Source of the DNA: Catajapyx aquilonaris
Lineage: Eukaryota
Direction of reading: 5' to 3'
DNA length: 34,900 nucleotides
Assembly (NCBI GenBank): GCA_000934665.2
Contig: KZ539060.1
Coordinates: 1-34,900 of the forward strand
In this document: positions 11,821 to 23,527 of the stretch, piece by piece
How the letters are laid out: each line of letters starts with the position of its first letter
Position numbering within the stretch: position 1 is the stretch's first letter
The notes under the pieces: generated by a model
Database searches by the model: none
Told to the model about the DNA's origin: nothing
The model's input: only the letters and a program-made list of their open reading frames with translations
Translations under genes and position numbers: made by a program

Positions 11821-12022
11821 TCCGGGTGGTAGAAAAGTGAGAGTGCTCCTTCCTTCGGAGGGGAAGTAAAGCCGTCGAGTCGGCCCGATGTGCTTGTGAC
11901 ATTGCGCGAGTGCACGTTAAAGATCCCCAGAGTGGCCAAATTTCCAGGAGGAGGACCACCCCCTGGCGTCGGTGCTGAGCTTCAGAGGCAGAAATAGGCC
12001 GACGTTAAGCCCCACTGAACCC
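11821..12022 (+). mobile_element. 5'-truncated Deu/Nin-domain SINE
   Basis: GTGCT..TCCTTCGGAGGGGAAGTAAAGCCG...GCACGTTAAAGATCCCCAG..GGCCAAATTTCC...GACGTTAAGCCCCA resembles the Deu/Nin core and Ruka-like 3' end (from recall). 8-bp TSD AGTATGTC at 11813-11820 and 12023-12030. Confidence 0.7.
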
Positions 12023-13069
12023 AGTATGTCGTCTTATTGAATTTTAAAATAATTGTTACTTGAATAAAATAATAAAATAATAATCGAGAGGAAAGAGCGC
12101 ATTAATGACGGCCATAACGGTTTTTTAACGGCCATCGTCCAATTTTCGACAAAGCGCTATTTCATGCGAAGAAAATAATATATTTGACTTAAATAATATA
12201 ATGTCCTTATGAATGAGAAACTTCTTCGATATTTAATGATAGTAACTGTTATTACCGGTATGGAAATGTCATTTGGAATTTTTGAACTATAGTTAATTGA
12301 AGCCACGTGTCAACATCAGAAACTGTTGTCATCTTACTTGCTTGATGAACTGCACTGATGAGGTCAAAAACTAATTTGATCGCCTAGATATCCCCGGTGC
12401 ATCGTGTTTCATCAAGTCAATAATACATCGACGAGCACGTTTCGACGTCGCTTCATATATTATTCATATTCCCAATAATTTTATTCATTACTCCAATAAT
12501 AAAGTGAGATTGCCATTTGGCGAGGTAAATATATGCAAACCATTATTTCAAAGCCATGCAAAAATTGGCTAACGATTAATCGGGAATTTTATTTGATCTA
12601 GTTTACTGATTTCCCTCAAATTCATAGGCTCTGGGTCCCACAACACAAGCTTGATATGCGCTAAGCCTCCTAATGTCAACAAACACTGTATCCCGCCACC
12701 CACACACGGCATACTAATCCTCCATCACACCCCTTCGTAATCCCAAATTGGCCAACACAATATTCTGGGCCTAATACCCGACTCTATTATTTATCAGCCT
12801 ACAGACACAAGTCCTTCTAGTAGTAGGGGGGGTAGTCCAAAGAGTAAAGCCTTTATCCTTCTGAAGTCCTTGGAAAGTTAGCCTGGAGGTATCGATTGGA
12901 AAGCTCACCTCTTTTGCGGAGGTTTCTATGCGTAGAAAGGGGGATAAACATCGTAGATATTCGTACTATTCAGGCCTAATTGCTCCTGGTCATGGTGCAA
13001 GTAAAACTGGAGCAATGACATATTAGGGTCAGAATATATTGTGAGAAAATTATTGTGAATATTTTTTGC

Positions 13070-13772
13070 CATTGAAGCTTGAACTTGAATCTTGAAGATT
13101 GAAGATTGAAGCTTGAAGCTTGGACTTGAAGCTTGAAGCTTGGACTTGAATCTAGAAGCTTGAAGCTTGAAGCTTGGACTTGAATATTGAAGCTTGAAGC
13201 TTGGACTTGAATATTGAATATTGAAGCTTTGGACTTGAATCTTGATGATTGAAGATCGTTAAAAATTGAAGCTTGAACATTTGAATCTTTAAAGGGCAGT
13301 ATCCACTGCTCAATTTCTAGGCTTTCAACCCATTCAACCCTTTGAATCAACCCCTTCAAAGCCTTGAGAGCAGGCTTGAACCAAGTAGAGCACAGCCCTA
13401 CATGATTCAACACATTGATATTGATATTGAGCAGTGGATACCACCCTTAAGATGAAAATCTAATGCTTCGAACTTGAATATTGAAGGTTGAAGCTTGAAT
13501 ATTGAAGGTTGAAGCTTGAATAGTGAAGGTTGAAGCTTGAATATTGAAGCTTTGGACTTGAATCTTGATGATTGAAGATTGTTAAAAATAGAATCTTTAT
13601 GATTGAAGATCGTTAAAAATCTGAAGCTTTGAACTTGAATATTGAAGGTTGAACATTGAAACTTGAATATTGAAGCTTTGGACTTGAATCTTGATGATTT
13701 AAAATCGTTAAAATTTGAAGCTTTCTTTTCAATATTTATGATTAAAAATTGAAGCTTCAACTTGAATATTGG
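13070..13772. repeat. TTGAAGC/TTGGAC/TTGAATA degenerate microsatellite-like array
   Basis: Short-period TTGAA-based units at 13070-13290 and 13460-13772. These generate the low-complexity ORFs 12976-13413 and 13407-13760. Confidence 0.85.
13293..13447. mobile_element. PIF/Harbinger (Tourist-like) MITE
   Basis: TIRs AGGGCAGTATCCACTGCTCAAT / ATTGAGCAGTGGATACCACCCT (22 bp, 2 mismatches). TAA TSDs at 13290-92 and 13448-50. Confidence 0.8.
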
Positions 13773-13809
13773 AGCTAGAGCACATAATGTTGAAATATTA
13801 CTATTAGAA

Positions 13810-14560
13810 ATATTTCAACCACTACATGTTAGTCACAAATTTCTTTTTCATCAATATATTCCGCAAACGAATATTTGCAACAAATTTTATCCATCAGAAA
13901 AACACCCCACGCACATGCAGGAGCCTCATTTTCAGAAAATTGTCAATTACCCCCAGAATTGGAAATCAAGGAGTTCCCATTATGCCTTGCATTTTTGGGC
14001 ATGTATTCGTAATGTCGCAACACCCCTCACTGAATCATTCACACCCCTCTATGTTGATTGAATCGATGTCATTCAAGATTGGATAGTTTTTTTTTGTGGG
14101 AATGATCACGATATCGACGTGAGTCGTGGACATTAATCTTAACATGGGCGTCGCCAAGTTTCAAAGTGACCACTTGAAACCCTTTCATGCGTGTTACTGA
14201 TGTCTGCGGCTCGCCAAATCCATGGGCCTACCCCCTCCTCCACCCCCCATCTCCTCCCCCAAAAGGAACGTCCTCGATGACGAATGATGCAGTGGCCTTA
14301 ATATCGCGCCTTTTGCAAACGAGCAGTCGTTGAGGTGAATTTTGCTGCTATGAATTGCGCTTGCCAAATGATTGATGACCTCTAAAATGGGTAGTATTTT
14401 CTTTAAGTTTTTTTTTTCAACTCTCTTTTCTGGGACAAGGAAGCCAAGAGATTACCGGGTGGGTAAGAATAAGCGTGATTGATGTGACAAAAGTTTGTCT
14501 TTGGCAGTATTTTATGACACAACGAGTGGTGTCTGTAGTAGGTGTCAAAAACTGGCTTCA
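13810..14560 (-). pseudogene. Decayed tandem THAP-like zinc-finger motifs
   Basis: Unit 2 (~13820-14025): GCCDITNTCPK..P*FP..R..*WIKFV..EICD*H, matching the THAP pattern C..C / FP / W / C..H. Unit 1 (~14290-14530): TRCVIKYCQRQT..HPVISWLPCPRK..IHSSKIHLNDCSF..ILRP. Contains stops and frameshifts. Confidence 0.4.
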
Positions 14561-14709
14561 TATTAGATACTATTACTATTCGTTTCAAAATCAGTTAGAA
14601 GATGCGTTTGTCCAAAACTTTAAAAATATGTAAACATTTTACAATGAAACTGTAATCAGTTGCTAATGTCAAATTATTTATCGATAGTACAGAGTTAATT
14701 ACGTGTACT

Positions 14710-14926
14710 TGTAAAACGTTAATAGTAAACCCTGAGAGGGTCATCCCTCTGACCCCGCAAGGTCACACAAGGTCGTGCTAGTGGTCCAATAATACAATGG
14801 GCACGGATCAACCGTTTATTAGACTGGCCTGCAATCAGACCACAACACAACTGAATCATACAAAACAGCTATTCCCAAGTCCCTCACTCCAAGTGGCTCC
14901 AGTGCCATCTAGTGAGCTTTATAATA
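14710..14926 (-). mobile_element. Degenerate solo LTR, related to 23528-23719
   Basis: Shares GGTCATCCCT.TGAC.CCG.AAGGTCA, GTGGTCCAAT.ATACA and TGCCATCT.GTGAG with 23528-23719. AATAAA is present on the minus strand at ~14815-14820. Confidence 0.5.
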
Positions 14927-15143
14927 ATTCTACCTAACAATAATTATTTTAACATATAGTTGCATCAGATTTCAATAGTTTATCCTTGATAATTGTGTAT
15001 TCGATTGCTTCGAATTATATATTTATTATTATTACTTTATTAGTAGCGAACATTTTTGTAATATTTGAATGTGGACATATCAAAAAAAACTATCTATACG
15101 ACGTATGTTAGAATTTTTCTAAGTTATGTAGTTATTGTTAATA

Positions 15144-15568
15144 CATAACTGATAAATAATTCTAACCTATACGTAGATAACTGATACAAAATTCTAACCT
15201 ATACGTAGATAACTGATACAAAATTCTAACTTACCGTATACGTAGATAACTGATACAAAATTCTAACTTACCGTATACGTAGATAACTGATACAAAATTC
15301 TAACTTACCGTATACGTAGATAACTGATACAAAATTCTAACTTACCGTATACGTCGATAACTGATACAAAATTCTAACTTACCGTATACGTAGATAACTG
15401 ATACAAAATTCTAACCTACACGTAGATAACTGATACAAAATTCTAACTTACCGTATACGTAGATAACTGATACAAAATTCTAACTTACCGTATACGTAGA
15501 TAACTGATACAAAATTCTAACTTACCGTATACGTAGATAATTGCTACAAAATTCTAACCTATACGTAG
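15144..15568. repeat. 37/33-bp minisatellite
   Basis: TACGTAGATAACTGATACAAAATTCTAACTTACCGTA units (e.g. 15239, 15276), with 33-bp variants ending CTAACCTA. No unique spacers. Confidence 0.95.
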
Positions 15569-16039
15569 AAGTGATGAATTACAAAAATGCGGCATGTGAA
15601 TAGCTACAGTGATCAAATTTCATGGCATTCAAATTATGGCAGTACATGTTGAAAGAAAAATTAATCCCTTCATTACCTATTAGCTAAGTGACCCGCACAC
15701 GTAATTCCTGTCCGATTCTATTCTCATTAGGGAATCAAGTGAGAAAACAAATTTACTAAATGATCACTAGACCACCATGGAACGAGGCGTGTGCATGAGT
15801 AATGTTTCATGTCTGGCTCCATCTTTGATTGAAACGTGCCCCGTGTTTGCCCACATATTCAACGTCAAAGAGCAGAGGGGGTAGAGGGTATAGTGGAGGG
15901 GGACACACTGCGGGAAATGGGGGGTTGGAGGCGATAAAAGGCTAGAATAGAGGATGGTTAATTCCTGCAAATCGGATGGGCGGGAACGAGGTGCGTGTGT
16001 CGCCTGCAATTTCAAAAAATGAACGTTTCCCAACACGGG

Positions 16040-17700
16040 TTATAGCTTGATAATCATTTTCGGGGGTACAGCAGGCTCAAAAATGGCGGACCAGTCGCCG
16101 TGTTCCCAAGTCAGCGCTTCTAGGTAATTATGAAAAATAAAGTTGCATACGTTTGCATAACACGACGAATCGTATTTACGAGGGCGGGGAAAAATTGCGG
16201 GCCATTTGGAAGCTCTCACATTCAGCTTTGGGTCGTTTGTCAACGTGAGGTCTCTAGAGGGTAGTGTGGGAATTCTGATGGATTCAGACAGATGGGTGGA
16301 TCAGCTTAATCAGTGAGGTAAGTTTGTGATATCCAGACTATGGGTAGTATCGGATCATGTGGTATAGTCTTTTAGAGGATTATTAAGAGCATTGAAGGAT
16401 TATACGATTCAAGGATGGTATGGGTACACGATTCAAGGATGATACATGAACATTTGACAGTAGGTCATTTGACAGGGGTCATGAACATTTGACAGTAGAT
16501 CGTGATAATAATGAACAGTGGACAGCCGGTTGTGACTGTCATGAACATTTAACCGTTGAAAACCGTTACCGCTAAGAGCAGTTAAATGGCCATTTTATAA
16601 TGTCTTTAGAAAGTTTAGAGGCATAACTCTATCAGTAGTTAGGCTATGTGCTGTGTAACTAGAGCATCTAAATGTGTGAAAAATGCAGGTTAACCGTTAA
16701 AATTGGCAGTTAAAACCGTTAAAAATGGAGGCGCACACTTTCCGGTGTCCAATCGATGGCATCCAGTCCTTGTAATACCGGTATATCAAATTTTAATGCT
16801 TAAAAACAATTAAAATAGCCGTGTCTGTAGTTATGTACCGGTATGATACCGAAGAGTCTAAATGTGTGAGAAACTAATGTTAACCGTTAAAAATTGGCAG
16901 TTAAAACAGTTAAAATGGAGGCATACACGTTCAGGTGTCCTATCAATGGAAGCCAGTCCTTACAATATTCTATATCAGATTTAATGCTTAAAATAATAAA
17001 AATAACAGTGTCTGTAGTAGTTATATCTGTTACTACAGTGACTAAATATCAGAGAAACGCAGGTTAACCGTTAAAAATCGTTAAATTAACCGCTGAAAAC
17101 CGCTACAGTGACCGATAAAAGGCCGTTTTGTAATGTCTTTAGAGGCATAACTCTATCTGTAGTTATGTATGTTACTGTAGTGTCTAAATACGTGAGAAAC
17201 ACATGTTAACCGTTAAAAATTAGCCGTTAAAACCGTTAAAATTTTTCCGTTGTCCCATCAATGGCGTTCAGTCCTTACAATATTTTATAACAGATTTTAA
17301 TCCTTTAAAAACAATTTAAAATAACCGTTAAAACACCTCACACTTTAGAGAGTGTCCCCATGAATCTGAATTTAACTGTCACCATCCAAATTTACGCCAA
17401 CAAACATCCAGAAAAACAATTAACTGATTGGCACGCTGACAAAAAAGGTGTGGATCGAGGGTACCCTTTCGGACAGATATCCCTGGGAAATAGCCACCAT
17501 TTACCCCCATAGGGATAACATACATATCACCCTGACGCATGGAATGGTAATCCCCTGACGTCACTCACACTCACTAGAAATAGAGAATTAATGGAGCCAG
17601 TGAGATACCCCCCAGTGCTGGATCATAGTGCCAAGTGAGAGAATCCTATGGTTAACCAACAAACTGATGGCTCAATCAAACAGATATCACTTTGTTGGTG
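16040..17700 (-). pseudogene. Ulp1/SENP (peptidase C48)-like domain remnant downstream of KDZ copy B
   Basis: Ordered motifs: SDICLIEPSVCWLT (17650-17691; D..L.P..WL.D), INSLFL, DMYVIPMGVNGGYF (~17487-17528; IP....HW position). After a repeat-filled intron comes PRKYDSSCYANVCNF (16139-16183; P.Q....DCG..VC.F). Confidence 0.5.
16440..17340. repeat. CCGTTAA-rich module array (intron within the Ulp1-like region)
   Basis: ~190-bp units with CTAAATGTGTGAGAAA..GTTAACCGTTAAAA..GCAGTTAAAACCGTTAAAA. Reverse-complement relatives lie at 19460-20055. Confidence 0.8.
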
Positions 17701-18864
17701 TTTGTATGTAGAGGGAAACTGTCGCTGCCATGTTGTTTGTAGCCTCAACACATGAAACCACACCAGCCATACCCGGCTTGTAATATCAGGGGGTGGTTGT
17801 AAAACGTAAATAATTTAGCATCGCATTACGTTAATTTAGGTGCTGTACCCAGCCCTTATCGCGCCTTAACTCGACTTAACGGTACACTTGAGTGCACGTT
17901 GTGCTTGGTCAATGTTATGTCCTTCGCATGTCTGGCCAACCCCATCTTGTTTGAAAATTGCAACTTTATATGACCTGTGCCATTGTATTAAACCGGATCC
18001 ACTGGTCAATAGCAGTATCCGCCAATTAAAATTATAATGACCCTACATTTCCCCGTTAGATATGAGAGGGGCTAAAGATTTAAAATTTCCGGGTTTCAGT
18101 TGGCATTGCGATCGTATCGCAACTGGATGGGAAAATGTGATAAAATCCGCAGTTTTCATGCAATAAACCGCTTAATTTGTTTTACGCAAAATTCAGTAGG
18201 GAGACACCTTATCACCTCCAATAGCAGCTAATCTTTTTTTTGGATTGATTTTAGCTGATATATGTTTCTCTTCCACCCACTAAAAAACCCTCCCAAACAG
18301 CTGGCTGGTACTAATACGATTACAAAATCCGGAAATCTCATTATTCTAGTTAACTCAACAGGACAATCATTCATTAGCGCGCAACCAGAGGATGTAAAAT
18401 GAGCACTAAAATTAGCGGCTTTTCCATCTGTTGCCAATGGGAAGTATGGTATGGGTGGGGGAGCTATGGGGAATATGGGATATCCCTGTTTTTTGGGCTC
18501 CGCAAGTCTTTCATCCCATTTCGGAACTTGACCCTACACAGGGGCTCCGAATAAGCGGAAATAATGCTCCGGGATCCATTTGGCACTTGCCGCAACTGAT
18601 ATCGGATGAGTTGCCCGTAAGCAAAAGCCCTGGGCTTCACAGGCTGCTGCTGCACTTGTTCCTGCAATTTAATCCGGTGTGTTACAATGTGTGTTTGGAA
18701 AGTATTGGTCCATGGGTATTTCATAAGTGGCGGTTTTACATTTTGACAGATTTCGCTAGTAGAATTCCTGGAATATGTGAGTGAATGAGGCATTTCATTG
18801 AGCTGTTGCAATTGTCTATTGTAGTAGTTTTGATAAGTAAGAGAGAATATTATTGTTGCTGGGG

Positions 18865-19440
18865 AAAATGTTCATGATCACATCCTACTGCCCAATGGCC
18901 ATGATCATCACAATCTACTGTCAATTGTTCATGATCACACAAACTGTCCATTGTTCATGATCACACACACTGTCACACTTTCATGATCACACAAACTGTC
19001 AACTGTTCATGATCACACAAACTGTCCAATGGTCATGATCACACAAACTGTCAACTGTTCATGATTATCACATTCTACCGTCCAATGTTCATGATCACAC
19101 AAACTGGCAACTGTTCATGATTATCACATTCTACTGTCCAATGTTCATGATCACACTAACTGTCAACTGTTCATGATCACACATTGACACAAACTGTCAA
19201 CAACTGTTCATGATCACACATTGACACAAACTGTCAACTGTTCATGATCACACATTGGCACAAACTGTCAACTGTTCATGATCACACATTGGCACAAACT
19301 GTCAACTGTTCATGATCACACATTGACACAAACTGTCAACTGTTCATGATCACACATTGACACAAACTGTCAACTGTTCATGATCACACAAACTGTCCAA
19401 TGGTCATGATCACAGACTCTCAACTGTTCATGATGGCATC
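18865..19440. repeat. ~26-35-bp minisatellite
   Basis: TGTTCATGATCACACA(TTGACAC)AAACTGTCAAC units in tandem. Reverse-complement relics lie at 16445-16550. Confidence 0.95.
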
Positions 19441-19459
19441 CTACTCTCAAAATATTTAA

Positions 19460-20055
19460 AGACTTGTAACGGTCAATATAGGTTTCTCACACATTTAGAC
19501 ACTAGTTACAGACATAACTATACAGATAGAGTTATGCTTCTTAAGACTTACAAAGCGGCCATTTAACGCCTCTTACTTTAACGGTTTTTAACGGTTAATT
19601 TACCGATTTGTAATTGTCAACATGTGTTTCTCACACATTTAGACACTGTAGTAACATACATAACTACAGATAGAGTTACGCTTCTAAAGACTTACAACGC
19701 GGCCATTTAACGCCTCTTAGGGGTTACTGTAACGGTTTTTAACGGTAATTTAATTTACGTCCAGTTTAACTGGTTTAACCGCCCATTTCTAATGGTAATT
19801 CTGTAGTATTTAGACACTGTAGTAACATACATAGTTATACATCCACACTCTTATTAAAACGGTCCTTTAATGGGGTTTTCCGGATAGTTAAAAAACTTGT
19901 AACAGTTAGCTTGTGCTTCTCACACTTTTAGACACTAGTAACAGACATGCCGTAGTTATACCTCCACAAACTTTTTAAAACGGTCTTTAATGGCTTTTAG
20001 CGGTTACTGTAACGGTTTTTAACTGTTAATTTACCGATTTTTAACGGTTAACCTG
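19460..20055. repeat. TAACGG-rich module array (intron of copy B)
   Basis: Repeated CACACATTTAGACACT(GT)AGTAACA..CATAACTA..GATAGAGTTA..GCGGCCATTTAACG..TAACGGTTTTTAACGGT. Confidence 0.8.
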
Positions 20056-21429
20056 GGGCTCTCAAATATTTTTGTCAAAATATTGGCTCATTTGTTTAGG
20101 TACGACCTGGCTCTGCTGGAAGACAAACATGTGCGCCATGGTTTGCGGGGGAGGGGAAAGTTTAAAGTACACAATGTGGCTGGCAGGTAACTTTGGCAAG
20201 AGTCGGACCGGCATTAAGGCAACAGAATTACGCTTGATGAGACACGGGGGGGTAGGCAAATAAGAAAAGTTGAAAGTTGAGCGCCAGGGATCAAGTAGTG
20301 CTCAAATTTTGAGTACAGAAAATTAGCTCAAGTGCAGAACTAAACACAACTAGGCGTGAATGAATCGATAAATCTTTTGCTGCCTATTAAATAAAAGATC
20401 GGTTCCAAACTGGGCTTTTCCAAAGTCCGGAATGCAATAACAAAGAGTGCCATCAAAGTCAAGCTTGGGAGTTGGCCAAAGAGGTTAATTGCTGCCGATG
20501 GCACAGGAAATAATGCCTAGTTTATTCCATGGGTTTTGAAGATAGACGTAGATCTATCGATATGCAATTTTAGATGGTGCCCTCCTTTTTTCACACCAAA
20601 AAAAAACTGGAAGCCCTGTTTTTTGGTGACGGGCTGGAAAATAGCTTCAAAGAAATGGCAGAGGCTTATTTGGAAAGGTTGCTGGGGGAAGTTTCGCTCT
20701 GTGTGCTGGCCAATATTTCGTTTTCGCCATGGCCTGCAGAAAGGAGGCGTTGCCGCAGACGTGCGATCGATCAGCCTCGATTTTTTTGCACACTTTTTTT
20801 TGCAAAGAACCTCACCTTTTCTGGACACATCTACATAAATCTTACAAATTACTTGTGTCCAAATCTTGAAAATGAACCTTCCCTTTCAGTGTATCCAATA
20901 TCCATCAACATTCATGTTAATTTATTACTAATATCAAATATTGCTTTAAAAAATTATATGAAAATCCCTTGCGCAATTCCATAGAATTTTCTGCCTGTTT
21001 GCACATATGAACCGTAGTGGGAGCTTGAGATATCGAATTTTATTAGCAGCCTCTCCTCGCAACTTTCCTAATTTGTGCTCTAGGAACGTAACCATTTGCG
21101 GATGAAGAAGTACCTCCCTTCTTACCTCCTTAATTTTTTTTCTTATTCTTTTTCTTCTTTTCTACTTTTCCTTAATATCCCTGTTCGCTGAGGCGGAAAT
21201 TTCTTTTCAGGACTAAAAAATTCCGTTGATGCGGAATAAGTGACTGGCCAGCCAAATTACGCAACGCACCGGTGCTGGTCGATGCGATGGTTCCTATGCA
21301 GACGTAGAATCTAAATTTTCCGCATAGATAAACATTGAGTGTTCTAACAGAACCAGCAATGTATAAGCAATAAGCCGATTTTTTCAAAAAAATAAAATAA
21401 TTGAGGACTTCAGATTATACTTTAAAACA

Positions 21430-22215
21430 GCTGAACCGTTAATCGCTTAAATGACTGTTAATAGTGGAAATGACTTACTCGTTGAAATGACCGTTAATCG
21501 TTGAAACGACCGTTATTCGTCGAAATGACCGTTATTCGTTGAAACGACCGTTATTCGTCGAAATGACCGTTATTCGTTGAAACGACCGTTATTCGTTGAA
21601 ACGACCGTTATTCGTCGAAATTACTGTTAATCGTTGAAATTGCCATCATTCGTTGAAATTGCCATTATTCGTTGAAATTACCATTATTCGTTGAAATTGC
21701 CGTTATTCGTCGAAATGACAGTTAATCGTTGAAACGACCGTTATTCGTTGAAATGACAGTTGTTGAAATAACCGCTAAATCTGTTAAATTAACGGGTTTT
21801 GAAGACGAATGAAGCTTTCTTGAGTTATGTTACTACCGAGTTGTGTCCAGACTTTCGAATGAGCTAATATTTTGACAAATAAATAATTGGGAACTGCGTG
21901 TTAGCAGTTAAAACTCGTTGAAAGACCGTTAAAACGGTTGAAATGATTGTTAATCGTGTAAATAACCGGTAATCTTTGAAATAACAGTTTAAAATAATTG
22001 AAAGTACTGGTATTATTTGAAACTAGCACACTACCTGTAATATTTTAAATGACAGATAAAAATCGTTGAAATGACAGTTACATATGTTGAAATGACCGTC
22101 ACAACCCGTTGAAATGACGGTTAATCGTTGGAATGACCGGTAATCTTTGAAATAACAGCTAAACCGTGAAATTAACTGAATTAGAAGATGGATACTGCTC
22201 TCTTGAGTAATATAT
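21430..22215. repeat. 19-bp minisatellite and its degenerate extension
   Basis: TTGAAACGACCGTTATTCG units at 21480-21760, decaying to ~22180. More copies at 23187-23280. Confidence 0.9.
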
Positions 22216-23082
22216 TGATGTTACCACCACGTTGTGTACGGACACACCTCTTTCCGACATTACTAAAAATGTTTCATATCACAATTATATGACACCTAGT
22301 TATTGTGGTGTCCAATATCTATAAAAATGTCTTCGTATCCAGAGTCATCCAGCCATACTACCTCTTCAACGAATCGATACGTCTGATAATCCCTACCTGG
22401 CTGCACATGATCGCTTTTATTCACGTATCGTTACTCTATTTCCTGCCTGGGGTCAAAATTCATCGATTTTTAGCCGCCATGCTGAGTCGAAACTATTTCC
22501 TTTTTGCCTGCCCCTGTGATTAGATGAAGCAGAGTTCGCTGGAAAAGCCCTCGCCGTATATACAGCTGGTGGTATTTTCAGCTGGGGCCTAGCTGAAAGT
22601 GTGCTTAGGGATTATCACCCCGGGTGGGGGTACCGGGGGTACTGCGGGGGTGAGGGGGGGGCAGGGGGGAAAGGATTACTGCCCCCGGATCTTCTCCATC
22701 AAGCCCACATTCATTAGGCTTTTGTCGCCAAGATCTGCCCCAAACTGCCACACTTCGTAATGACCTTAGTCGTCAGAATAATTAGCAGCTCAGGGCGAGA
22801 TATTATCCTAGCGTCTAGTGGTCCGGCGAATCATTATTCACCAATGGGGGGCGTTCTAGGTTTATGCTGTACTTTTGAGCCCTCCATATTGTCAGGAATC
22901 TTGCACGGAGTTAATTTGACTTCAAAGACTCCGGGGTTGTTATGGTGAGGTTATGGATTAGTGGAGTTAAAGGTCGTGTGGATTGTAAAGACTGTTTTGT
23001 TGTAAGTTTTATGGGTGTCAGATTACATTGTAGCGTACCACTAAAAACGACCCAAGAACTTGGAACACCCTACCTCTTTCAA

Positions 23083-23403
23083 AGGGTGTTCCAAGTTCGT
23101 GTGTCTTTTTAGTCATCACTAATATAGTCTGAAGTGGCTATTTTTGTGTAGCTTGTTGTATCCCGATCCAGGTGACTCAGGACTATCGTTGAAATGACCG
23201 TTAATCGTCGAAACGATCGTTGAAACGACAGTTAATCGTTGAAATAACCGTGAAAACTGTGAAATTAACTGTTTGAAACACGAATGCAGCTTTCGTGAGT
23301 TATGTTACGTAGCATTAGGGGCGCAACAAGCTACATAAAATAACAGCTTTGAGAGGAATGTTCTACTGCATTATAAAATAACCCACGAACTTGGAACTCC
23401 CTG
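23083..23403. mobile_element. TIR-element remnant (family shared with 28870-29088)
   Basis: AGGGTGTTCCAAGTTCGTG ... CACGAACTTGGAACTCCCTG ends, with inner IR TTTTTGTGTAGCTTGTTG / CAACAAGCTACATAAAA. An extra opposite-facing end at 23041-23071 forms a hairpin with 23083-23112. Confidence 0.55.
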
Positions 23404-23527
23404 TATTGTTGTCATGCTGGAGGAATCTAATGTGCAAAAGAACAGTTTCGAGATAATATGAAGCAAAGATTTGTCCTTACGTCCTAAGGGCAGAAAATTC
23501 TGGCTTGCTGGTTCAGGATCTTCATTT

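Larger units (their letters stand above)
17870..22960 (-). pseudogene. Decayed multi-exon KDZ/Zisupton-like transposase, copy B
   Basis: Ordered motifs: NNPGVFEVK..RPELLIILTTKVITKCG (~22745-22945); YNCDM..CRKEVCP (SWIM-like, ~22240-22290); YCLYIAGSVR..FRFYVC (21172-21387); CxC4-like DGYW..FK.WTQVIC..CKKKC..FFEAIFQP...QGFQF (20600-20910); PKLDFDGTL (catalytic D, 20446-20457); QYFP; SPGLLL..DISCGKC (18619-18636); DCPVEL..MRF..VIV; SHPV..SQCQLKP..SNGEM*G (18040-18057). Confidence 0.7.

Noticed and set aside
12976..13760. ORFs of 145 and 117 aa
   Set aside because: Low-complexity translations of the TTGAAGC array and a MITE.
15144..15568. CRISPR-like array (also 24495-24750 and 18865-19440)
   Set aside because: Units are contiguous with no unique spacers, there are no cas genes and the context is eukaryotic.
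16440..20055. Large inverted repeat (TIRs) enclosing 17.4-18.8 kb
   Set aside because: Block order is minisatellite then module on both sides, which is not mirror-symmetric. Better read as separately oriented intron repeats.
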